DNA of 32,000 nucleotides from Candidatus Electrothrix yaqonensis (GCA_047651235.1 CP178758.1:270001-302000); one strand, 5' to 3'; counted from the stretch's first letter, positions 1-8,053 are shown. The notes: a model not told the origin generated them from the sequence alone. Translations and numbers: made by a program.

Positions 1-1
1 A

Positions 2-148
2 GAAAGCTATTCTATTTATCAACCGCAGGCTACAGTTAAATTTACCTTGGTAAAAGAAAAAATTATAGAAGAAGCAGGATGGTGTGAGGATAAATTAGAA
101 AAAATTAAAGCCAGACTGCAGGAAAGCGGGAAGGCTGATGGACAATAA
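2..148 (+). CDS. C-terminal end of an unidentified protein (gene begins upstream of window)
   Basis: Frame 2 is open from the window edge: ESYSIYQPQATVKFTLVKEKIIEEAGWCEDKLEKIKARLQESGKADGQ, ending at TAA 146-148. It is absent from the ORF track because there is no start in the window. No family recognised. Confidence 0.3.
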   Translation, partial: ESYSIYQPQATVKFTLVKEKIIEEAGWCEDKLEKIKARLQESGKADGQ

Positions 149-185
149 CGCCTTGACTGACTTTGTCCTGCGTCCCGCCGGAACT

Positions 186-218
186 GATGAAGCCGCCTGA
201 ATTCTGACAGGCTTCATC
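186..218 (+). other. intergenic stem-loop (perfect 9-bp stem GATGAAGCC / GGCTTCATC, 15-nt loop)
   Basis: Read directly from the sequence, 38 nt after the upstream stop. No clear T-tract follows, so terminator function is unproven. Confidence 0.3.
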
Positions 219-327
219 TCAAGGTTTGGTCAGGGGGAGCTTCGGCAAGGTGAGTACTCCGCCTCTTTCATTCCTGCACCTTTCCTTTCCGTCCGGACAG
301 CTTTTCGGATACTCTACAATTCACCCA

Positions 328-1092
328 ATGAACAGAACAATCGGCATTGTCGGTGTCCCGCCGCTGGAAATCATCCGGCAGATCAAGGCGGAGCAGGACA
401 GCATCATCGATCTTGATGAACCGCACCTGCCTCTGTCTATGGACAGAGAAACATACCTGCCCAAGGTCTACTGCGCTATTCTCCGCACCGTCCTGCTCAA
501 CGCCATGAACATGAACTTGGACCGGATTTACGTTGACACCGGGCCGGGCAAATGTGACTGTGCCCGCCATGTTGCCACGGTTCTGCAGGATTTTCTCCGT
601 ATTCCCGTGATCACGACCAGCAATAAGGACAGCCGAGGCTTCGGGTATCCCATCTGCCGGAGCAGCCTGCCGCTGACCGAAAAACTGCAGGCCATCACCA
701 AAGGGGTGCAGTCCTGCGAACCGTCATCCGGCTGCGACTGCTACCCCCCGTGCGTCCCGACCGCCGGATTCTGGGGTGTGCCGCCGAGGGATTTCTCCCT
801 TCTTTCCCTGTTTCCGGACACCACCCATGTCTACGGCTGGAGCCGATGCATGGAAAACAAAACCCCTGCTGATCTTGAGCTGGAATCGTATTCTAATCCG
901 GCTGTCCCGACCGTCTTTTTTGCTCAATCTTTCTGTGCCAAAACAGCTTTGGCCAAGCATCTGGCGGAACAGCATCCGAAAGGACTGTATGTGGACTGTG
1001 ATGTCAGTGCCGGTTCCAGCGCCAGAGCAAAAATCGAGGCATTTCTGGAGCTTTCCAAGGTCAGGACCGGAGGCGCAGATGCTGCTGGCTGA
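328..1092 (+). CDS. 2-hydroxyacyl-CoA dehydratase / benzoyl-CoA reductase-type (HGD-D family) subunit, short form
   Basis: Track ORF 226..1092. The internal ATG at 328 (MNRTIGIVGVPPLEII) is the likely start. The protein is Cys-rich (GKCDCARH, SGCDCYPPC, SFCAKT, VDCD) and ends with a ...ARAKIEAFLEL tail typical of HGD-D proteins. Its stop overlaps the start of the next gene. The start is uncertain because no clear SD is present. Confidence 0.5.
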   Translation: MNRTIGIVGVPPLEIIRQIKAEQDSIIDLDEPHLPLSMDRETYLPKVYCAILRTVLLNAMNMNLDRIYVDTGPGKCDCARHVATVLQDFLRIPVITTSNKDSRGFGYPICRSSLPLTEKLQAITKGVQSCEPSSGCDCYPPCVPTAGFWGVPPRDFSLLSLFPDTTHVYGWSRCMENKTPADLELESYSNPAVPTVFFAQSFCAKTALAKHLAEQHPKGLYVDCDVSAGSSARAKIEAFLELSKVRTGGADAAG

Positions 1093-1747
1093 TTTCGGTT
1101 CTTCCTACAGCAAGGTAGTGGAAACCGGGTCCGGCACTGCGCCGGAGGTCATCCCGACCCGCCAGCTGGCAGAGGACTTCCGGGCCGATCTGGGCACCGG
1201 GCATAATGCCCAGCGGCGAAGCAAAGAGTCGGTCAATGAGCTAACCGCGCTGGCTCTGGGCGGCAGGCGGCTGATTCAGGAAGCGGATTTTACCCTGCTC
1301 GACTGCGGCAGCCGGGATATCAAGTTTATCCGCTACGCAGGCGCGGAAGCCGTTGACATGGGTTGGAACGCCGAATGCGGGGCATCAATGGGTTTTACCA
1401 TTGAACTGCTGCAAAAATATTATAATATTGATTATACTGCTGTGCCGGTACCGACCAGCGGTTTCTCCGTGACCTGCGGCGTACTCGGCATGAGCCATAT
1501 CTTTGACGCCGTAGTGACGGGCAGCTCGGAGACCGAGGCGGTGGCAAAATTTGTGCGCGGCATTGCCCGCAACGCCTTTTGTTTTGCAGGCGCACCAGAC
1601 CGGCTCTACCTTTCCGGCGGCCTCTGTGACAACCCACTCTTTATTTCCTGTTTCCCCTGTGAACTCATCCCGCTGGGCCGCTTTGTCCTCCTGGAAGGGC
1701 TAAAGGAACGGCTTGCGGCAGGAAAAGGCGAAGGAATGAAAATTTAA
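1079..1747 (+). CDS. BadF/BadG/BcrA/BcrD-type ATPase (acyl-CoA dehydratase activase-like)
   Basis: Lies inside track ORF 776..1747. The ATG at 1079 gives MLLADFGSSYSKVV (acetate/sugar-kinase phosphate-1 motif). Other motifs are LLDCGSRDIKFI, NAECGASMGF and SVTCGVLGMS (the two cluster-Cys positions of HgdC-type activators) and LYLSGGLCDNP. The start overlaps the upstream stop (1079 vs 1090-1092), suggesting translational coupling. Confidence 0.65.
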   Translation: MLLADFGSSYSKVVETGSGTAPEVIPTRQLAEDFRADLGTGHNAQRRSKESVNELTALALGGRRLIQEADFTLLDCGSRDIKFIRYAGAEAVDMGWNAECGASMGFTIELLQKYYNIDYTAVPVPTSGFSVTCGVLGMSHIFDAVVTGSSETEAVAKFVRGIARNAFCFAGAPDRLYLSGGLCDNPLFISCFPCELIPLGRFVLLEGLKERLAAGKGEGMKI

Positions 1748-1810
1748 TAACAACGGAACTTGCTGACAGGTCATTGACAATTTCATAGTTGCGTTTATTC
1801 TCATCCGGTT

Positions 1811-2236
1811 ATGAAGATAAAAACATATTCTCCTGAGATAGAAACGCGAATGCGTAATTTTTACGGCAGCCTGTCTGAAAAAGAAGAACGAATTCGCAAA
1901 CCGGGCGGGGGACGTAAATCCGTCCTCTCGACCGCCGTCGGCCTTGATGACGCATTTTTCGCAGTGCTGAAAAATCACACGGCGGGTTCGCCTATGGACT
2001 GTATGATATATACAGTAATATCGGTTATATCAAATTAGGGGCAAGCGGTGATACCTCCGAATTCTGGTGCGCCTGTATTCGGAACTGGTGGACGACACAT
2101 GGAAAATCTGAATTCCTCTTCGAGACAGGCCGCAAAACGGCTGACGGTTTTAAAGAAAATATGAAATATGAAAATTCACTTCGACGAGTTTCTGCCGAAG
2201 TGGAATTATGCCGCTGTTCCGTCAGGACGGCTTTGA
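1811..2236 (+). pseudogene. ISAzo13-family transposase remnant with several internal deletions and frame changes
   Basis: ORF 1811..2038 carries RIRKPGGGRK and HTAGSPMD. Further fragments follow in other frames: DTSEFWCACIRNWWTTHGK, ETGRKTADGFKENMKYE and the C-terminal KIHFDEFLPKWNYAAVP. Together they cover only a small part of a full-length (~400+ aa) enzyme. Confidence 0.6.
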
Positions 2237-2264
2237 ATCCCGTTCCATATGCACAACAAAAAAG

Positions 2265-2681
2265 ATGAAGATACAGAATATTCTATTAACAAGCGCCGCA
2301 TTCGCACTGGGATGCTGTCTTGCCGGATGCGGCCCGGACCTTCCGTTTGAGGCAAAATACACCTCTAAGAATCAGGTAATTATTAGCTATCAGGGAAAAC
2401 GGTATACCCTGAACCGTTACGGCATTCCGGCGCGGACGCCTTTTTCCTACAGGTTTGAGAGGGATGGAGATCTTGACCTGAAGATTGACGGCAGGCTGTA
2501 TGAAGTGGACAGCCCGTATGACCGGGATACCAAAAAGGTAACGAAGAAGGCCGTAACAAAGAAACCTGCTGCCAGAAAGGTAAAGAAAAAGACCGTAAAA
2601 AATAAAACGAAAAGAAAGGTAAAGAAAAAAAGCAGATCCAGCTCGAAATCGAGATCGAGATCGAGATCAAAAAGACGGTAA
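2265..2681 (+). CDS. lipoprotein with an extreme polybasic Lys/Arg/Ser C-terminal tail
   Basis: Internal ATG of track ORF 2208..2681. The signal peptide plus lipobox is MKIQNILLTSAAFALGCCLAGC. The tail is KKVTKKAVTKKPAARKVKKKTVKNKTKRKVKKKSRSSSKSRSRSRSKRR. Confidence 0.6.
   Translation: MKIQNILLTSAAFALGCCLAGCGPDLPFEAKYTSKNQVIISYQGKRYTLNRYGIPARTPFSYRFERDGDLDLKIDGRLYEVDSPYDRDTKKVTKKAVTKKPAARKVKKKTVKNKTKRKVKKKSRSSSKSRSRSRSKRR
2643..2668 (+). repeat. hexanucleotide tandem repeat (TCGARA x4) encoding the SKSRSRSRS tail; each unit carries a GATC
   Basis: tcgaaatcgagatcgagatcgagatc, read directly from the sequence. Confidence 0.7.
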
Positions 2682-2690
2682 CCGGAGCTC

Positions 2691-3716
2691 ATGAGCATTA
2701 TGAAGAAGCAGCTGAAGCAGCTCTATCTTTTGCTCCTGCGGGAGAACTTGCTGTATCTTTCTGCCGTTATTGTGGTGCTTGTTCTGGTGAGCGCTTGGCT
2801 GATAGCGAAGTTTGAACCGGGCGTTTCCTTTTCCTCCGGGATATGGTGGAGTATTGTTACGCTGACCACGGTGGGATACGGTGATATTTCCCCGGCAACC
2901 CCGGCCGGTCGAGTGCTGGCCGTTATTATTATGTTTTTCGGCATCGGCCTGCTCGGTATGCTCAGCGCCGGTCTCGCCGCAGTGTTCATCAGCAGGAAAT
3001 CCAGGGAGAACAGAGGAATGTGCCCTTCAACAGTTGAAAATCATATTATTCTCTGCGAGTGGAATCATCGGGCAAAGGCGATCCTCAAGGAGCTGCGGGC
3101 TGATCCGCATACTGAAGACGCTCCCATTGTGCTGGTGGCTGATATTGAACAGAAGCCGGTTGACGACCGTAACCTGATTTTTATCCGGGGCGTGGTCAGC
3201 GAGGATACCTTGGAAAAGGCCAACCTAAAAAAAGCGCGGACCATCATCGTGTTGGGCGATGACAGCGTGGAATCCACAGCCCGAGATGCCAAGGTCGTGC
3301 TGACCACCCTGACCGTTGAAAGCATAAATCCTGAGGTGTACAGTGTGGTCGAGCTGGTGGACAAAAGCCATGAGCAGTACTGCCTGCGGGCCAATGCGGA
3401 TGAAATTATCATCGGCAGCGAACTGAGCACGCACCTGATCGCCAGCGCAGCCCTGGATCACGGCATCAGTAAAGTCGTCTCTGAGCTCCTGAGCAACCGG
3501 TACGGCAATGAACTCTACGCCATGCCGGTTCCGACTGACATGGTCGGATCGAAATTTCTGGATGTCTTTGTCGGCATGAAGACCAAGGAAAATGTCATTG
3601 TCTTCGGGGTCCAGAAAGGCAGAGGCGGCACCTTTATCCCTAATCCGGACGGCGATTATCCGGTCACTGAAAATGATCTGCTGCTGGTTATTGCGCGGGA
3701 CAGGCTGAGACTGTAA
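2691..3716 (+). CDS. two-TM potassium channel with cytoplasmic RCK/TrkA-N domain (MthK/Kch-like)
   Basis: Selectivity filter TLTTVGYGD lies between two hydrophobic helices. It is followed by HIILCEWNHRAKAIL...IIVLGDD, a Rossmann-like RCK domain. The gene starts 10 nt after the lipoprotein gene. Confidence 0.85.
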   Translation: MSIMKKQLKQLYLLLLRENLLYLSAVIVVLVLVSAWLIAKFEPGVSFSSGIWWSIVTLTTVGYGDISPATPAGRVLAVIIMFFGIGLLGMLSAGLAAVFISRKSRENRGMCPSTVENHIILCEWNHRAKAILKELRADPHTEDAPIVLVADIEQKPVDDRNLIFIRGVVSEDTLEKANLKKARTIIVLGDDSVESTARDAKVVLTTLTVESINPEVYSVVELVDKSHEQYCLRANADEIIIGSELSTHLIASAALDHGISKVVSELLSNRYGNELYAMPVPTDMVGSKFLDVFVGMKTKENVIVFGVQKGRGGTFIPNPDGDYPVTENDLLLVIARDRLRL

Positions 3717-3949
3717 GAAGGAGGTCAGCCATTGTTTCCTCTTTCAGTAGCATTATCTTTTATCTCCTGAAAGATACGTATTTGTCATGCACTTAAGAGA
3801 GAGACCAGCCTGTCCTTGCTGTGCTATTTGTTCAGGACGCTTCTTTTCTCCAGTAAGAGTTCGATCGAATACGCCTGCCCCTTTTGCCCTAAATTGCCCT
3901 GAAAGGGCAGCGTTCTTCCCTGCCTACAGAATTCAGCTTGGAGGCAATT

Positions 3950-5149
3950 ATGAAATACTCTCTTTTCTTTATCGTATTCTTCTTTATTCTGCATTGCGGT
4001 GTACCCTCTCTCTTTGCCCATGAGATTCATCTGAAAAACGGCAGGATCATTAAAACAGGGAATGTCTGGCGGGAGGGGGATACTGTACATTATGAACAGT
4101 ACGGCGGAACGATTTCCATTCCGTTCAGTCGGGTAAAAGGTGTTGTTTACGATGAAAAGCAGCAGGAGGAATCCAATACCTCCGATGATCAGGTTGCCGG
4201 AGAACAGGAACGCCCGTTGCCTTCAGATAAAGACCTGGCCGCGAAACTCAAAAAATCCCTTGCTCCAAAAAACTCTGTGGAACAGGCCAGTCTGTGTACG
4301 CTTTCCGTGAAGACAGCTGTCGGGTTCGGATCCGGTTTTTTCATCAGCGATGACGGTTTTATCGTTACCAACAAACATGTGGTCAGGGGCAGTGAGAAGC
4401 AAGCTGAAGAGATTGATCAACAGATTGATCAGACCCGCAGAAGATTTGTCAATCATAAAAAATATCTGGATAATATAGCGCAGAGAAACAGCGAATACCG
4501 GGCTGATGCCAAAAAACAGCGGAGCGTACTGAACAGACTGGAGAAGACAGGCCGGTATGAGAAACAGTATCTTACTGAAAAAAGAAAAGAACTGCGTGAA
4601 TTTGAAAAAGAATTACGCCGGGAGGAGAAAGAGTATAAGAAGGCCAAAAAGAAGTATCTTGCCCAAAAACGGGAGTTTGAAAAAGATGTCGGTAAATTCC
4701 GCAGCGGCCAGCGGGAACTGGCAGGGCAGGGAACCTTTAAGATTATTCTGGCCGATGAAACCGAACTGTATGCCACCCTCTACAGAGTAAGCGACGAACA
4801 TGATTTGGCTCTGCTGAAAATAACCGGTTACCGAACACCTTTTCTGCAGCCGGTCAGGAGAAAAAACCTTTCCCAAGGCCAGAAAGTTTTTGCGGTGGGC
4901 AGCCCTGCGGATCTCAGCTTACAAAATACTGTCACTTCCGGAGTATTGTCCGCCATTCGGAAGAACTTTGTTCAGACCAATGCCCAGATTTATCCCGGCA
5001 ACAGCGGCGGACCGCTGATTGATGAGCAGGGCAGGGTGATCGGGGTCAATACCAAGAAATTGCTGACTAGGAAATTTGAAGGACTGGGCTTTGCCATCCC
5101 CATCAGTATTGTTTTTTCCGAGTTCAGAGATTATCTGCTGGATGACTGA
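3950..5149 (+). CDS. secreted trypsin-like (S1, HtrA/DegP-type fold, no PDZ) serine protease with a long charged insert
   Basis: GGAGG lies 6 nt before the ATG at 3950. The signal peptide is MKYSLFFIVFFFILHCGVPSLFA. The catalytic triad contexts are TNKHVV (His), DLALLKI (Asp) and GNSGGPLID (Ser). Confidence 0.8.
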   Translation: MKYSLFFIVFFFILHCGVPSLFAHEIHLKNGRIIKTGNVWREGDTVHYEQYGGTISIPFSRVKGVVYDEKQQEESNTSDDQVAGEQERPLPSDKDLAAKLKKSLAPKNSVEQASLCTLSVKTAVGFGSGFFISDDGFIVTNKHVVRGSEKQAEEIDQQIDQTRRRFVNHKKYLDNIAQRNSEYRADAKKQRSVLNRLEKTGRYEKQYLTEKRKELREFEKELRREEKEYKKAKKKYLAQKREFEKDVGKFRSGQRELAGQGTFKIILADETELYATLYRVSDEHDLALLKITGYRTPFLQPVRRKNLSQGQKVFAVGSPADLSLQNTVTSGVLSAIRKNFVQTNAQIYPGNSGGPLIDEQGRVIGVNTKKLLTRKFEGLGFAIPISIVFSEFRDYLLDD

Positions 5150-6023
5150 AAAAATCTTCTTTATCACCCCAGTCTCTCTGTTTTTCGTAATTCCCGGCCT
5201 GAAGCCGCGTATGAGCTGACAGCTTTTGTGGAGAGTATAAATAATATACAGTAGTGATGTTTTTGGTATATAAAATGTAACCCAACAGAGTGATATGGGA
5301 ATAATTATCACTGATATCAGGAGGGTAAAATTTGTTTTCAGCAAAGAAATACACAGGTGAGGCTACATTAAACCAGAAGATAACTCTGCCCATACATCAA
5401 CATGTTACATGGCGAAAGTATTCCTACTTGATTAGTTATCTCAGAATGATATTAATAGATAGATACAAAAAACATATAAAGAGGGGCAGGGTGGCATGAA
5501 ATACGCATATATGAAAATAAAAAATTTAAAGACCACAAGGTGGTTTGCAAGATAAAGCTAATCAGACAAATTTATTTCTATTGTCCTTCAAAAATATTTT
5601 TTTCTCTGTAATAGGATCTGACAGAATTCCGTTTGTCGATGCGTAAGAGAATATATCGATTCCAGCTTTATTTTTTATTGACAATATTTGAGATAGTGAG
5701 TAAATAATACTCGAAATAAATAGCATTTGAAGACTGCTCAGGATACAGGACAGTCTGACCGCAGGCTGGTGAAAACATCTGCGGTGAACAGCATCAAACA
5801 AATAATTGAACGTTTCGCTGAAGTAATGCGGTAAATATCTTGTTTTTCATGCAGGATGACGGTCGTGCTTTTCTGGTCGGCAGGTGATTGCAAAATCCTC
5901 TGCTCCGTGACCTGAAAAGTTGACAAAGCCACAATCACCGTGAGGTGATGTCGGAAAGCCACGGGTCTCCAGAGGGGGAGAAAGCCAGGTTGCCTGCTTT
6001 TTAGTTTATACCAGGAGGGTATC

Positions 6024-6257
6024 ATGAAAAGTACAACAGGAGTAGTCGTCTCTTTTTTCGTCGCAGCAGCAATGCTTGTAACTCTGCAGATATCTCCGGC
6101 AGGTGCTGAAGATTCTTCAATACAGACACAGATAGCTGCCGCACTGGACGGAGAATTTTTTAGCCGGGCGGTTTTCAGTAATTCCGGCCAGTCTGGTCAG
6201 TCCGGGGATACGCAGCATAGAGAAAGATGCCAGCGATGTACTGGGATATATGACTGA
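6024..6257 (+). CDS. small secreted hypothetical protein
   Basis: GGAGGG SD precedes the ATG. The signal peptide is MKSTTGVVVSFFVAAAMLVTLQISPAGA. A strong terminator follows. Confidence 0.45.
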   Translation: MKSTTGVVVSFFVAAAMLVTLQISPAGAEDSSIQTQIAAALDGEFFSRAVFSNSGQSGQSGDTQHRERCQRCTGIYD

Positions 6258-6274
6258 GTTTCAGTTCAACCAAA

Positions 6275-6316
6275 ATAAAAAAGGTCAGGCTCGCATGAGT
6301 CTGACCTTTTGTTCTT
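6275..6316. terminator. bidirectional rho-independent terminator between convergent genes
   Basis: The sequence is aaaataaaaaa-GGTCAGGCTC-gcat-GAGTCTGACC-ttttgttcttt. The stem is 10 bp with one G.U pair, flanked by an A-run upstream and a T-run downstream. Confidence 0.6.
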
Positions 6317-6336
6317 TCGGATACAGGGAGGATTGG

Positions 6337-7617
6337 TTACATCGGAACGATTAGTTTGTTGCTCTCTTCATTCCACGTCACAATCACATACCACAGGGCC
6401 ATGACCAAAGCAATCATCCCTAAGGTCCAGCCGTAGCCCATCGCATCTGGCAAATAAATGAACTTCCCTAAAATGCCGGCGTCATTTATCCCCTCGTCAA
6501 GCCACCCTTCCCATCCCTCAAAGTCCTCAGCTTTGAACCACATGGTCATCAGTGAGTTGGCAATACCGAAGAAAGGGACCACTATCCAGAGTTTGAGCTG
6601 TCCTTCTCCTACGCGCCACAGGGTGCCGGAACCGCAACCGCCTGCCAGCATTCCCCCCAGGCCGAAGAGAAACCCGCCGAAAACTCCGCCCCAGCCGAAG
6701 GTTCCGCGTACATAAGCGGACGGATCAAGAACAGAATAGCCATCCAGAGTAATCGGTACGGCATATTTGACAACAGCACCGCCTGCGGCAAGGATGAAAA
6801 TCGACAGGGCAACGGATTTTGCCAGGGTGCAGTCGCCGGTCATATGCGGCTCCCGGAACCCCTGAATCATACACCAGCGTCCGCGGTGCATCGCATAGCC
6901 CAGTCCGGCGGCAATCAGCAGAATACCGGAGAGCGAGGCGATATAGTCCACATTGCCGTCACCGTCATAGCCGCTGTACTGAGAAGCTCCCCAGATCAGA
7001 CCGGCAAGAGCGGCAAGCCCGAGCAGGGTCTGCAGCACCCTCGGAACCTCCACGGTCCATGCGCCCTTGGAACCCCAGGTGATATACTCCATTTCCTTGT
7101 ACAGGAGCCACAATCCGAGAATAACCCCCAGAACAATGCCGAACCACATGGTAAAGCCGTTTGCAGCCAGATTGCCGATGGCGTTGTACATACCACCGAC
7201 ATTGCAGCCGCCTGCCAGAGCAGAACCGACTCCCATCAGAATACCGGCCAGAATCGCCTTGACCACTTCCCGGTAGGGAGGAAAACGGAAGGCAAACTGT
7301 CCCCCGAGACAGGCGGAGAGAAACGCTCCGCCCAGAAATCCGATGCCGATTACGGAACCGGAACTGATCAGAGGTGATTTCGGATCGCCGAGGTGTCCGA
7401 AACTGATGCCATACACAATCCAGTCGCCCCAGTTGCGGATCGCTCCCACTGCACCCCAGGGGCGCCACCAGACCATAATCAGAATGCTCAGGAGCGCAAT
7501 AATCACCCCTGTCATATTGGCATTCCATTCGGTTTCACAGAGATCTTTATACAGGGCTCTCGTTTTTCCCAATAAGCTCGATTCGCTTATGAACCCGCTT
7601 TTTTTCGTCTTGCTCAT
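6337..7617 (-). CDS. yeeE: YeeE/YedE-family sulfur (thiosulfate-type) transporter
   Basis: Polytopic Gly-rich membrane protein with repeated GGCxxG-type motifs (LAGGCNVGG, LAGGCGSGTLW). The start was refined to the ATG at 7617 (MSKTKKSGF), which is preceded by AGGAGG. The 94-codon 5' extension in the track has no coding character. Confidence 0.85.
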   Translation of the reverse strand: MSKTKKSGFISESSLLGKTRALYKDLCETEWNANMTGVIIALLSILIMVWWRPWGAVGAIRNWGDWIVYGISFGHLGDPKSPLISSGSVIGIGFLGGAFLSACLGGQFAFRFPPYREVVKAILAGILMGVGSALAGGCNVGGMYNAIGNLAANGFTMWFGIVLGVILGLWLLYKEMEYITWGSKGAWTVEVPRVLQTLLGLAALAGLIWGASQYSGYDGDGNVDYIASLSGILLIAAGLGYAMHRGRWCMIQGFREPHMTGDCTLAKSVALSIFILAAGGAVVKYAVPITLDGYSVLDPSAYVRGTFGWGGVFGGFLFGLGGMLAGGCGSGTLWRVGEGQLKLWIVVPFFGIANSLMTMWFKAEDFEGWEGWLDEGINDAGILGKFIYLPDAMGYGWTLGMIALVMALWYVIVTWNEESNKLIVPM

Positions 7618-7714
7618 TAAACATCCTCCTGCTTTCCTGTAACTTGTTCTGATAAAAAAATATACATAAATTTTCCTTAACCTCCGTCGTCCTGAAACAG
7701 TCTGCAGCCGACAA

Positions 7715-7749
7715 CTGTACAGTTTTTTAGATTCTCTGTACAGTTTTTT
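7715..7749. promoter_or_regulatory. two perfect copies of CTGTACAGTTTTTT spaced 21 bp start to start (candidate operator pair)
   Basis: Copies lie at 7715-7728 and 7736-7749. Each contains the 8-bp perfect palindrome CTGTACAG. They sit in the yeeE/tusA divergent intergenic region. Confidence 0.4.
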
Positions 7750-7899
7750 CATGCCTGTCTTTTCAAAAAATATATTAGGTATTGTTGATGATGAAGCCGC
7801 TGCCGTATAACCATCCAGAACAAATTCCGGAAAGACCGGTTGGGCGGAACTGCAGGGCGTTAGCTGGCAGCTGGAGCTTTCGGTAAGCTCATTAATCAC

Positions 7900-7928
7900 T
7901 TGACAGAGAAGAAACTATTCGTTATAGA
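7900..7928 (+). promoter_or_regulatory. sigma70-like promoter for the tusA operon (TTGACA - 17 nt - TATAGA)
   Basis: Hexamers and spacing read directly from the sequence, about 125 nt upstream of the tusA ATG. Confidence 0.4.
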
Positions 7929-7963
7929 AATAATTTTTAATATGAAAAAGAAACTGCGACAGG

Positions 7964-7981
7964 ATCATCATCACTGATGAT
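7964..7981 (+). promoter_or_regulatory. palindrome/hairpin ATCATCA-tcac-TGATGAT in the tusA leader
   Basis: 7-bp perfect inverted repeat, downstream of the predicted promoter. Confidence 0.3.
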
Positions 7982-8053
7982 TCTGCGCAGACTGACCGAG
8001 TTATGACCAATAATTTTTATTTTATCTTAACCTTACCAAGGTAGGAGGATCAG

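Noticed and set aside
776-1078. 5' extension of the activase ORF (track start 776), and likewise the extensions 7618..7899 of yeeE, 16279..16446 of ldcA and 12911..12952 of serA.
   Set aside because: The extensions overlap the upstream gene or lack coding character. Downstream ATGs with SD sequences, or a coupled stop/start, give N-termini matching the families.
2643-2668. Short regular GAGATC repeats, considered as a possible mini CRISPR-like or satellite array.
   Set aside because: The unit is only 6 nt, there are no spacers, and it lies within a CDS where it simply encodes the Ser-Arg repeat of the lipoprotein tail.
3874-3910. GCCCT direct and inverted repeats (TTGCCCT x2, then TGCCCT-gaa-AGGGCA) upstream of the protease gene.
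   Set aside because: The stem is only 6 bp and no T-run follows, so neither a terminator nor an operator can be argued from sequence alone.
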